Shown: positions 36,786 to 47,957, counted from the first letter of the stretch. The stretch is DNA of 64,000 nt from Rebecca billardiae RCC1528 (GCA_965240325.2 OZ251222.1:2790001-2854000), one strand, 5' to 3'. The notes: a model not told the origin generated them from the sequence alone. A program made the numbers and translations.

Positions 36786-38637
36786 CTTTCGAACGCGCTT
36801 GCTTCTTGAGCGGTCGCCGCCTCACCGGTCGTTGGAGTACTTGTCCGGGTGCGCGCAGCTTGGGTTCGGCGGTCCGCCGGCCAAGGCCCATGGTAGCGTG
36901 CTAACTATTCTGGTGAACACAGCTTTAAACAATTTTAATTCGTGAGAAAGCCCTGGGAGACCCAGCTCCGACCCCCTTTAATTGGGTGTCACCTACTGCT
37001 GTCCCAAGTAATACCGGAGTAGGAATACGAAGAATGAGGCCTCAAACGTTTTTTGATTAGGCACGCCTCGGGAATCGAGAACGCACTTGGTTAATTTTTG
37101 CGCCAATTAAGGCACGCCTCGGGAATCGAAGCGAATGTGGTTAATTTTTGCGCGCGCCGCATAGAGATGTCGTTGCGATTCCCACAAATCTGGCGGCGAT
37201 CTTAGCGGTACCCCCTTACCCAGTTCATACCGCCTATACAATACGGTAACGGTACGGAAAGCGCCTGCCATTTTGCCGGACGACGCCGCCACGCCGGGTC
37301 CCCGGTCGCTCGGAGGGGCGTCGTCACATCGTGAGTCGTGACTTTGGCCGCCATCTCCAAACACGTCGCGCGCTGGGACGCGCGCGTCGCCGGGCTGCGC
37401 GCGCTGGAACTGCGCGACGAGCCGTTTGCGGACCTGGCGCGCCTCGCCGTGCACCCGCACGAGGCCACGCGCCCCGGCGCGCGCGCGCCCGCGGCCTCGC
37501 ACCCAAACTGCGAGACGCCGGCAGCGCTCGACGCGTGCCTCGCGCAGCTGCGCGCGCGGCTGGCGAGCACGCTGAACGGCGTGGACGAGGCGCGCAACGC
37601 GGAGCGCCGCGAGGGTCACGCCGCGCGTCGAGCCGCCCCGCGCGCGGCGCGCGAGGCCGCCGCGACCGACGCGGTCGCGCGCCATCTGGGTGTCCGGCGG
37701 CAGCAGCGCGCACGACGTGCGGAAAACCCCACGGAGCTGCAGTTGCTGCACGACTACCACGCGTCGATGGCCGACGCGCGCACGCACGGCGTGATCGGTG
37801 CGTGCCGTTGCCGTGCCGCCTGCCCGAGCGGCCGTGCGCAGCGACGAGCCTCGGTGGGCCTTGCAGAAGAGTGCCGCGCTGCCGCGCCTGGCTACTGGCT
37901 AAATCGCACGCGCGACGCGCGCGAAGACGCGGCAGCCCGGATGATACCGTTAGTCAGCGCTGAACGGCCAACTCGTCACATCGTCGTCGGGTCTGCCGGC
38001 CCTGGCAAGCTTCTCCGTCGGGTCCTAGACGCGCTGTGTTCGACCAGCCCCACCGGGAAAAGGCCGCTAGGCCCCCGCTGTTTAGTAGTATGAGCCTAGT
38101 ACTGAGTACTGACTACTGACTAAGACTGGAGCCCTACAGAGACTATTATTCGAAGACGAGGCAAGGTGCAGACTGAATCATGAATCACATCCTGACGATT
38201 GGGCACGAGTCCGAGCTGAGGCCGATTCCGAGTGCAGGCCCGAGGCCGCGCACGGCCGCACGCGGGTCCGAACCTAAACCTAACTCGAGGGCCGTATGCG
38301 GTATCGGGTCTGCGCGGCGGCGCGGCGGCCCGCGGCCGCGGCGTCCGGCGCAGACCGTCCACGGCGTCCACAGTCCACGCGGCAACGCTGGCCGCATCTG
38401 ACGAGCGCGATCGGATGCCAGTGACGTCGAGGCTGAGGGCTGACAGTGGCTTCGACGCCGGAAGCCCGACCCAGCCCCACGGGCATGCTGATGACATGGT
38501 GCGCTTGCAGCGCCGTGTCTCGTACTCTCGTGCGAAGGTGAGCCGCAAAGGCAACCGTTGATTGTCATCCCGCGGGTGGCCCCAGTGCGGAGTGCCAGCC
38601 AGTCGTTCCGGGAAGCAACATACAGCGCAGCACTGAG

Positions 38638-41376
38638 TCAGCACATCCCATTCCCGACGCCCGACGCCGAGTAGCCGACGCCGATCGCCAGCCCCAGCAG
38701 CACGGCTGCCACCAGCATCGTCACAACGGTGCGCACGCGGAAGTTCTCGCCCATGCCGCCAGCGCGCCCGTCAGCTCCCTTGCCGCTGCCGTAGAAGGAG
38801 CCGTGGCTGCCGCGGCCACTCGAGCGCCGGGGCTCGTGGCTCCCGACGAACAGGTGCACCGGCTGCGCTGGCGCCGGTGGCGCGTCGGAGCGCCCGCCGC
38901 CCGCGCCCCCGCCGGACCCCGAGGCCTCGGCCGTGGTGCCGCCGCTGGCCGAGCGCGCCTTGGTCGCCCCCTCGAGCAACTCGGCCACGCGCGTGTTGAA
39001 CGCGTCGAGCGTGATGAAAGCGGACTCGATGAATGACATCCTGCGGCGGGGCGCGGCGGGGCGGGCGGGCCACGAGGGCCGCCGGTGGCGGGGGCAGGGT
39101 GCGGGCAGCCGTGAGCGCGGAACGCGCCGGTTGGCGAGCGCGTGAGCGAGCGTCGGGCCCGCGCCGGCCCCGCGGGCGGCGCTCACATCTTCTCGTAGTC
39201 TTCCGCCTGGAAGCACTTGCAGCCGCGCGCGTCAAAGCGGCGCAGGGTCGCCTCGTCGAAGCCTTCAAGCATCTGCATCTCAACCTGCGTCCCGCCCATC
39301 TGCGTGTAGCAGAAGAGCTCGACGACGCACCAGCTGCGCAGACGGGTCGGCGCGTCGCGGCGCCGCGGCGCGCGGCTCGTGAGCCCGCGCCCGCCTCGCG
39401 CCCACCGCGCGCGCGCGGACGGTGCACGCATGCGCGCGCACAGGCGCTCAAGATAGGTCGGGCCGGCAAAGATGAGCAGCGTGCTGCACGAGGCGAGGTA
39501 GTACGGCAGGTTGGCCAGGTCGGAGGTGATGTCCGTTTGGCTGCAGCCGCGCGCGCGCGCGCACGCACACCGCGTCGCGCGCGCACCGCGCGCACGCGTG
39601 AGCGCTGCGCGCGGCGGGCACGAGCGCACGCGCGCGGGCCGGCCAGCCCACGCCGCGCCTGCGCGACGCGTCGCGCGGGCACGCTCGCGCGCACTCGATG
39701 CAGCACTTGTCCAGCCAGACGATGGGCTCGCGCCCGTTCTTGCGCACAAACTCAGCGCGCCACGCCATCAGCGCAGCCCACTTGCCCGGCGCGTCGTCGT
39801 GCCAGCTGCGGCGCGGCGCAGGAGCAGCAGGGACCGGGCGCGGGGCGCCGTGGCGCTGGCGCTCAGCCCAGGGCCAGAGGCCGTGGGCGCTGTGCGCGCG
39901 CCGTGGGGCGTCGGCGAGCGGGGCGCGCGCTCGCTCGCGCGCCGGGCGCGGCAGGCCGCACCTGTGCGAGACGAACGCATCGATCAGCCCCACCTTCGCC
40001 GGCTGGCTCCGCGCGTACAGCATGCCCACGGCGCCCTCGCGCTGGCTGAACTCGTCCACGGTCAGCCGGTCGAGCGTGACGGCGCGCATGCGAGCCGCCG
40101 CCTGCTTCATCACGCGGCGCGCCTCGGCGGCCGGGTCCGCGTCCTGGACGGCCGTGTCGCCCTCGGCGGCGGAGATGAGGTCGGCGATGGCCGCGGCGGC
40201 GGCGACGTCGCCGTTCACGCGCGAGGCGAGCTTGCGCTGCAGCCACCGCCGCCAGCGCTGCACGACGCACACGAGGCCGAGCAGCCCGAGCTCCACCGCC
40301 ACCACCAGCACGAGGAAGCCGCCGGAGCGCGTCGTCCACTCCGGGTGCATGAGCAGGCACGCGCTCAGGATGAGCCCGGCGCACGCGTGCGCGAGGTAGA
40401 GCACGCCAGTGGCGCCCCACAGCCGCGAGAGCAGCGCGCGCTGCTTCGACTGCACCCGCTCGGCGCGCGCCACCGCCGCGCTCGCGTCGCCCTCCCCGCC
40501 GCAGCAGCAGCCGCCGGCGCACGCGCAGCAGCCGGCGCACGGCGTCGTGCGCGCGGCAAAGTAGGCGAGGGTCGGGAGCGAGATGACCATGAAGGCCGCG
40601 TGGCCGAAGACGAGGCGCGCCTCGGCGCACGAGTCGATCAGGTGGCGCACCGGCGAGCTCGAGTGGAAGACGCCCACGACGAAGAGTTCGCCGAGCACGA
40701 CCAGCGCGGCGGTCGCGGAGACCGTGTGACCGACCAGCCGCGTCGCCGTGCGATCGATCGGCTGCAGCACCAGCAGCACGGACGGCATGGCGAACGGCAC
40801 GAGCGGGGCGTATGCCGCGAAGAGCGGGAGCGTCTCGAATATCCCGAGCGCGCGCCAGGCGACGAGGAGGCAGCCCAGCAGCGTGCCGAGCAGCAGGGCC
40901 GTGGCGATGCGTGGCGTGCCCACGAGCCAGCGGCGCCGGTTGGCCACCTTGCGCGCACGCGTGAGCTTGTCCTGGATCGACATCTCGCGGCCCCGCCCAG
41001 ATGAGCCACGCCGCGCGCCCGCGCCAGACGCCGGACCGGCATGCGGCGGGCCGGCGTGCGGCGGGCCGGCCGGCGCTGGGCTAGAAGAAGTGCTTGGAAT
41101 TGGCGCAACGGCGTCTGCTTCATGGGCGGACGCACGAGGCGACGCCGGCTCGGCGTCGCCCGCCGCGGCGGAGAGCGGGGTGTACATGAGCACGACGCGC
41201 TCGCCCGGCTTTGCGCCCGGGAGGTCCGCTTGGATCGTCTGGCCGTCCGGTGTGGTCGCGATCACGCGCGGCTTTGGGCCGCGCGCATCGTTCGGCACGA
41301 CGATGGTGATGCTGCTCTGCTGCACGACGCCGGGTGACGGCGGTGCGGCGCTTGAAGCGGCCTCGGCACTCGACAT
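38638..41376 (-). CDS. Multi-pass membrane protein with a TIR-like domain and C-terminal TM
   Basis: About 6 TMs, then a spliced domain DAFVSHSWHDD...WLDKCCIDQ...LPYYLASC...GPTYLERLWCVVELF...IESAFITLDAFNTRV. Introns 39806-39961, 39541-39694, 39334-39441 and 39041-39186 all restore the frame. Confidence 0.82.
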
Positions 41377-42072
41377 GCGGCTGGTCGCGCGTGGGTGCGC
41401 GATGAAGCTCTCGAAGGGTGCTCTGCTTGTGTCAGACTGGCTGAAGCGCAGTGTGGCCTCGGCGTCGGGAGGCGCGAGCCCGGCACGGGCGGGTTGAGCC
41501 GAGCGCGAGGCGGTCGTCCTCTGACGAAGATTTCAATTGATGAATTGAGACGACCATTCGTGAGTGTCCCAGCTTTCACGGGTGGCGCACGCTGATTGGT
41601 TGACGCATGCCACGGAATTGCACTCAATTACTCAACGGATGATTCATGTTGTGGGCTTGACGAGGCAAAGAAATAAATGGACGAGGCGTCGTGAGTTCGC
41701 AGAAGGCATCAGAATTCACAAACCTGCATTTCCACGTTTTCAGTCGCACGACGGAAGCTTTTTGGAACTTGCCCATGGGTCGGGCGGGGCTCCGCGTCCT
41801 CCCGGCCGTGCATGCAGGGCTGGCAGCTCCTCAATGCCGTGCTGGCGATATGGCGTCGGACTCTCACTTGACACTTCGGTGTCAGACTGAGGAGTGTGGG
41901 CCCGGACGACCGCACCTGCACCGCACCGCACGCACAGACTGTCCGCTGCCTCCGCCACCAGTTGCTGACGACCGAGACTCGATGGAATCCCCGCCGCCGT
42001 AGAAACTCTTACGGGCACCTTCTCTGTACTGGCGGACTCACGCTGTCGAGCACTGACGAAAGGGCGTCCATT

Positions 42073-42972
42073 TCAGTCGGGCGATCCCAGTGCCTCGTCT
42101 TCGTCGTCGTGTAGTTCGGTCAGGTCCGCAAAGTAGCGCCGCACGGCGTCAGGCCCGACGGCGTGGCAGCCCGACAGCTCGATGCTCTGAAGCTCCGCGC
42201 ACTGCGCGGCCAGCGCGCGCAGCGCTTCCAAGGAGAACGCAGCGGCGGTGCACGACACGTTGAGGTCACGCAGCCGGGGACACCCTGCCCCAAATGCGGC
42301 GAGCGCGGCATCGCTCAGCCGGACACACCCGCACAGGCTGAGCCGCTCGAGGGCGGGGCACAGCCGTGCGAGCACCGCGGCTGCGCTGTCGTCCACAGCT
42401 GCCCGCCACGGGTAGACGTCCAACGAGCGCGCGCCGGCGAGGTGCGCGCTCACCGCCGCCGCCCACGCACGGCTGACGCGCCGGAGACGAAGCAGGTCGA
42501 CGATGGGGAACGCAGCCGCGCTCACCACCGCGGCGACACAGTCCGGCGGCAGCTGCGCCCAGGACACTGCCGAGGGCACGTCCTCTGCGAGGCCAGTCGT
42601 GCGAAGCAGGCGCGCAAGACCTGATGCCGTGTTGAGCGTGTGCACGAAGAACGTGCCGTCCCCTGAGCGCTTGTGGTAGGATACGAGCCCGCCGCCGCCA
42701 CACAGCGAGAGCACCGTGCACGGGTCGTCCCCGGGCAGTGGCGCGGTGTCGTGCGTCACCTCTGCGACGACGGCATCCGCGCAGACTCCGGCGCGCTCAG
42801 CCAGCGCGCGCGGAGGGAGAGGCGCCAGAGGCGACTTGCCCTTGAGCACGTACCGACCGGGGCAGTTGTGCAGCGGCGTCCACGGCGCAAGGCCCCAGAC
42901 GAGCTCGAGGGGCGCGCCACCATCGCCTGCAAACTCGCCGTCGCCTACGAACGAGACGTCGTCGCCCGCCAT
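42073..42972 (-). CDS. Uncharacterised N-terminal domain fused to F-box and cysteine-containing LRRs (FBXL-like)
   Basis: F-box WAQLPPDCVAAVV...DLLRLRRVSRAW; LRRs CPALERLSLCGCVRLSD, CPRLRDLNVSC, CAELQSIELSGC. Confidence 0.78.
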   Translation of the reverse strand: MAGDDVSFVGDGEFAGDGGAPLELVWGLAPWTPLHNCPGRYVLKGKSPLAPLPPRALAERAGVCADAVVAEVTHDTAPLPGDDPCTVLSLCGGGGLVSYHKRSGDGTFFVHTLNTASGLARLLRTTGLAEDVPSAVSWAQLPPDCVAAVVSAAAFPIVDLLRLRRVSRAWAAAVSAHLAGARSLDVYPWRAAVDDSAAAVLARLCPALERLSLCGCVRLSDAALAAFGAGCPRLRDLNVSCTAAAFSLEALRALAAQCAELQSIELSGCHAVGPDAVRRYFADLTELHDDEDEALGSPD

Positions 42973-43447
42973 GCTGAGAATCCACGCGACGGCGGGGCTG
43001 AAAGCGAGCGCCAGGCGAGCCGCGCCGTTGCGTTGTGGCCCCCCCGACGCCCACCGTCGACTTCGAGCACCTCCAGCGTCGCGTCAGCGAGCACCTCCAG
43101 ACGGCGCTCGGCCTGTGCAGCGCCGCCTTGCCGCGCTACACTTGACCTGCAGTAGCTCGGGCTCGACGGCCAGGTTGCTGCTAGTGTCGCATCGGCACGA
43201 GCTCCGCGCGTCGCCTGATCAGGTCGTGCAACTTGAGCCACCGCTCCGACCTCCATCGTGCCCGACTGATGGCAGGTCTATTTTCGGTTGTCTTCACTCG
43301 AGCGCGGTGCTCCAGGGCGCGCGGGACCGTGCCCAGAACCGGCGCGACGCGCATGCCGGAGGGATGACGGGCGGGCACGGCATCACCCCTCGCGCGCGCT
43401 CGCGCGCCGTGCGGAAACGGCGGCCCATGCGCGCCGAGTCATTCACC

Positions 43448-44716
43448 ATGATGGCACCCCGCCGGCAGGCGCAGACGGACGAGATCCTGCTGCTCGGCGG
43501 CTACGGCGGCGTGGGGCGTGCGCTCGCGCGACGACTCCTGGAGGAGACGGAGTGCAGGCTCGCCATCGCCGGCCGGCATGCCGGCCGGGCGATCAATTTT
43601 GCCCACGTGCTGGCAAACGAGTATCCCGACCGCCACATCCGCGCCATCGGCCGCGCCGTGGACGCTGCCGACCGCGCGAGCCTCAAGCACGCCATGCATG
43701 GCATCCAGCTGATGGTTGTCACCGCGCCGGTCCCGGAGCACATCGCCAGCGTGGTGGAGGTGGCGATCGACTCGGACGTGGATGTCATCGACATCCTCGC
43801 CTCCTCCGACATCGTCGACTCGCTCGAGCCGCTGCGCAAGCGCATCCTCGACGCGCAGCGCGTGGTGCTGACGCAGGCCGGTTTCCACCCAGGGCTGGTG
43901 GCTCCCCTGCTGCGGCACGCGTCGCGCCGGTTGGGGCGCGTGGTCGAGGCGCGGGTCGTCGTGGCGAGTGCGGCGCCCTTCGAGCAGCCGTCCTCCGCCC
44001 GCGAGGTCGCGCACGAGGTCGGCGTGAACGGCGCGCGCGTGCTTGACGAGAGCCGGTGGCGGCCCGCGCGACCTGGCGACGTGCTCCAAGTCGCCTTTGA
44101 TCCGCCGTTTGGCAGCCGCGCGTGCTACCCGATGCGCATGCGGGAGGTGGAGCACCTCGACACGGAGATCGCGGGGCTGGAGAGACTAGGCGTCTTCGCC
44201 GCGGGCTTCAACTGGCTCGTCGACCACTTCGTGCGGCCATTCGCCGTGCTCGCGCACAGGGTGGTCGGCGCGCGCGCCGTCGGCTGCGTCGCGCACCTGC
44301 TGCACTGGGGCGTGCAGCGCTTCTCGCCGACGGACGTGCGCGGCATGGAGATGCGCGTGCAGGTCGCGGGCGAGCGGTCGGGCGAGCCCGCCGCGTACGA
44401 GCTCACCATGTCGCACGACGACGCGTACGACTTCACCGCCGTCGCGGTGGCCACGTGCGTGCTCCAGTACCTCGATGGCACACTCACGCGGAGGCTGGGC
44501 ATGCGGCTGATGGGCATCGCGCTCGTGCCCGCCACGGCTCTGGAGGACATGCGCAGAATGGGCGTCTCGGTGAGGGAGGAGCGTTTTCCGGGAGTGGCGC
44601 ACGTGGCGGACATCCCCACGGACCCGTCGCTGCGGAAAGCGCCCCGCCCAGCCCGCAACTACTCCGGGCTCCTGGCGACGACGCCATCGTCCCGATCACT
44701 GCCAATAATATACTGA
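43448..44716 (+). CDS. Saccharopine dehydrogenase-like NAD(P)-dependent oxidoreductase
   Basis: Rossmann motif ILLLGGYGGVG, AIAGR, QAGFHPGL; intronless; start could be 43427. Confidence 0.82.
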   Translation: MMAPRRQAQTDEILLLGGYGGVGRALARRLLEETECRLAIAGRHAGRAINFAHVLANEYPDRHIRAIGRAVDAADRASLKHAMHGIQLMVVTAPVPEHIASVVEVAIDSDVDVIDILASSDIVDSLEPLRKRILDAQRVVLTQAGFHPGLVAPLLRHASRRLGRVVEARVVVASAAPFEQPSSAREVAHEVGVNGARVLDESRWRPARPGDVLQVAFDPPFGSRACYPMRMREVEHLDTEIAGLERLGVFAAGFNWLVDHFVRPFAVLAHRVVGARAVGCVAHLLHWGVQRFSPTDVRGMEMRVQVAGERSGEPAAYELTMSHDDAYDFTAVAVATCVLQYLDGTLTRRLGMRLMGIALVPATALEDMRRMGVSVREERFPGVAHVADIPTDPSLRKAPRPARNYSGLLATTPSSRSLPIIY

Positions 44717-45425
44717 GACGACCGGACCACGGACACGGTCTGTCGGGCACGGCCACGCGATCGGCCACGCTCGACGCTCGTGCGGCGTGACTGATGACGA
44801 GCATCAGAGCGCACTACGACTGTGACGCATCAGTCTCTAAATGGCACTGCGTCAGCGTGCTAATCCGGACCGTCAGTCATTCTGGAGACGACATCGTCAG
44901 GCATTAATTAAGTGTCAGAGTGCCTTAGCCCGCTTACGCCTTACTGGCGTTTCGATTCAGCCTTACTAATACTAAGTAGACCTAAGTTACCGGTGGCGGT
45001 TACCGAGCCCGTTACCGAGAATACAGTCGTAGACAGTATATATAGTAGTTACCGCGGCCTTACGCCCTTACCGCTTACGGCTTAATGTAACGGATTCTGC
45101 CGTTACGGATCTCAATATATATATATATATTATATATTCTCATCGGCCAGCACTCATCATATTATGGCCGATGAGACTGAATACGACGCATATAGCCCTG
45201 TATATGCGTCGTATGTACTACGCCAACGACGGTGACGGGCTGGCCAGGGCCCCCTAAGCTAGCTAGAGGCTGAAGCCTGGCCGCAGCGGCAAAGACCTCT
45301 CTCGGCCCGCTGGGCCGGCCAGTTCCGCCGTAGCCGTAGGCGTAGCCGTAGGCGTGGCTGTGCACGAAAACACGATGCCATCGGATCTGCTGCTCGCCGC
45401 GTCAGACGCACCTGGTCTTCGGCGC

Positions 45426-46858
45426 TCATTTCCGGGCAGCCGTCGCGAGGGTGACCAGCGCGAGGGCGGCCAGTGCGCCGGTCAGGAAGGCGCCCCCGAT
45501 CATCGCCGCAGATGGCGGGTTGCGTGGCCGCTCGCGCGTCTCGGTGGTCCCGGTCATCGTGGCGGTCGGCTTGCTGGCGACCTTGACACTCGTGGGGAAG
45601 TAGAAGCCAGTCTGCTTGGACACGTCCCCGAGCGCGTCGACGGTGAGGTCGTCGACGTAGAACTGCGCCCATGGCTTGCCGAACACGATCTCGTCGTGCG
45701 GGATGTCGAACTCCTTGAGCTGCGTCAACGTGGTTGCGCCAATGTCGGCGACGACGGCGTTCACGTTGCCCTTGTGCGAGCGCATCCGGCGCGAGGACGT
45801 GATGATGATGTAGTGCCCCTGCTCCTTGAGCTCGCGCACGAGCTCGATGTTCTCCGGCATCGGCAGGCACGTCGTGTAGTCCCCGGGCATGCGCGGCGAG
45901 GTGACCAGCGTGTTGTCCAGGTCGAAGCAGAAGCGCATCTTGCTCACCTCCGGCCACGACGTGCAGAAGCCCTGCACCTGCGCGGGCGTGCCGAGCACGT
46001 GGAAGTCGGCGGTCTGCAGCCGCAGCGGCGCGAAGGGCTCGCCGGCGTCGAGCATGCGCTTGATCACGCCCGACGTGTAGTACTCGCCCACCTGATCCTG
46101 CGAGAGCTGCGTCGAGCCCGAGGCGAGCAGCTTGTCACACTCGGCGAGGAGGGCGGTGCCCGACGCGAAGCAGTAGCAGCCCGAGTTGGCGTGGTCGGAG
46201 ATCTTGACCTTCTCCTTCACGTCGGCGATGAGCCCGGTGTTGGGCGAGATCGTGATGTACGAGTAGATCGGCTTGGGGTCGAAGTCGTCGAAGTAGAACA
46301 CGGCGTTGTGCCCGTTGGCCGCCGCCGCGCGGTACGTCGAGACAATGTCAGCCGTGTAGAAGGTGTCGCCGTCGCACAGCATGACCGGACGCTTCCGGTC
46401 CTTCGCGGGGAGGGCCTTCAGCCCGAGGAGCACCGTCTCGGCCGCGCCGCGCGTCGGGCCGGCGAGCTCGACGCGGCGCAGGTTGGGGTACTTGTCCGTG
46501 ATCAGCGGCCAGTACTTGGCCTTGAGGAAGCTCGGGTCGTACACGATGACCAGCTCATCGCTCGGCCCGATGCACAGGTTGTCGAGGACCCACAGCAGCA
46601 TCGGCTTGCCGAGCACGTTGATGAACGGCTTCGGCCGCGTGTAGCCCTGCAAGCCCAGTGCCAGGGCCAGAATGTGCCGCGCGCGCGAGAGCGTGCATCA
46701 GCGTCGGCGTGATGGTTGCAAGTCGATGAGGGCTGCGCGCACAGCGCATGGAGAGGGGGCAGCGCGGGGCGCGCGGCGCACACCTCCTTCTGGAATCGGC
46801 TCCCGACACCGCCGAGCGGAATCATGATGGTGAGGCCCGTCTCCGATGCGGACGCCAT
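45426..46858 (-). CDS. Sugar nucleotidyltransferase fused to a HAD IIIC (EcbF/BcbF-like) phosphatase, with C-terminal TM anchor
   Basis: IMIPLGGVGSRFQKE|GYTRPKPFINVLGKPM across intron 46647-46783; TRGAAET, LGTPAQV; HAD FDLDNTL, SSRRM, FGKPWAQFYVDD. Confidence 0.88.
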
Positions 46859-47069
46859 GTTCGCTTCGGCGAGCGTGGAGTCGGCGGCGGGTCTGATCTG
46901 CCTGCCACTTCTTGCGGCTCGGCTCGCCCGCGCGGCAAGGACGGCCGAGCCGCCAAAAAAGCTGCTGAATCACGGGCGGCGGCCGCGATGACGCCATCAT
47001 TGTGCATGCGGCGAATAAAAACTAAAAAGTCGTCGTCAGCCGGCCGTCATCACGATCGCGTCCGTCGCC

Positions 47070-47957
47070 ATGCCGCTCGCGCTGATGGCACCGCTGGCGG
47101 CGGCCCTCGTGACATGCAGAACGTCGTGGCCCACCGCCGTCCCGCAACCAACGAGCGTGCACAGGTCGGCGCTGCTGCGCGCGTCTCCCCTGCACTGCCG
47201 CCCAAAAGTCTCGGTCAGGATGACGGAGGGCGAGAGCGCGGAGCTTCCCGCCGGCGACGAGGAGCTGGTCGAGGGCGGCAAGCTCACGGTCGCGGAGGCC
47301 GAGGAGATTGGGAACCTGGTGGCGGACGACGAGTACCTCGGGCTCGGCATGGAAATCGCCGAGCTCGTGCGCATCTCCATCAAGGAGGAGCTCAAGACCT
47401 CGCTCAGGGACTTCATCGGGAAGGACGAGTACAAGATCGGGGACATCAGCAAGGAGCTGGACTCGAGGATCAAGGACGAGGTGGCGAAGATGCGCTCGAA
47501 GGAGGAGTACGAGCTGGGCGACCTGACCCTCGCCGTGGACGCGATGGCCCGCGAGTACACCGCCGAGCTCACGGGCAAGCCCGACGCCGACCTAGCCGAC
47601 CTGTCGATCGAGATTGACAAGCGCGTGAAGGGCGCGGTCATGAACTTCACGGGCAAGGACACGTACACTCCGGGCGACCTCTCGACTGAGATCGACCAGC
47701 GCGTCAAGGATCAGATCATGCGCTTCACGGGGAAGGAGACGTACGAATTTGGCGATCTCTCGCGCGAGCTCAACGAGCGGCGCAAGGGCTGGATGCGCGA
47801 CTACCTCGGCAAGGACCCGTCGCAGTACGAGTTTGGCGACCTCACCAAGGCAGCCGTGTCCAAGTTCACGGGCAAGTCCGACTACGCCTTTGGAGACGTC
47901 ACCAAGGCGGCGATCGGCAAGCTGTTCGGTCCCCGCAAGCGGTCGCGCGACGCGTGA
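47070..47957 (+). CDS. Probably plastid-targeted protein with seven (F)TGKxxYxFGD(L/I) repeats
   Basis: Signal-like then transit-like N-terminus; repeats GKDEYKIGDI, EEYELGDL, GKPDADLADL, FTGKDTYTPGDL, FTGKETYEFGDL, SQYEFGDL, FTGKSDYAFGDV. Confidence 0.78.
   Translation: MPLALMAPLAAALVTCRTSWPTAVPQPTSVHRSALLRASPLHCRPKVSVRMTEGESAELPAGDEELVEGGKLTVAEAEEIGNLVADDEYLGLGMEIAELVRISIKEELKTSLRDFIGKDEYKIGDISKELDSRIKDEVAKMRSKEEYELGDLTLAVDAMAREYTAELTGKPDADLADLSIEIDKRVKGAVMNFTGKDTYTPGDLSTEIDQRVKDQIMRFTGKETYEFGDLSRELNERRKGWMRDYLGKDPSQYEFGDLTKAAVSKFTGKSDYAFGDVTKAAIGKLFGPRKRSRDA

Larger units (their letters stand above)
34129..38244. repeat. Complex tandem duplication A-B-A-C-B
   Basis: A = 34129-35441 and 35596-36908; B = 35441-35602 and 38083-38244; C (36909-38082) is unique. 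Confidence 0.92.

Noticed and set aside
37058-37153. Two ~50-bp direct repeats as a CRISPR-like array
   Set aside because: Only two units, no unique spacers, eukaryotic context and no cas genes
42716-43426. Upstream part of the 666-aa ORF
   Set aside because: Overlaps the divergent F-box gene; recognisable homology starts only near 43480
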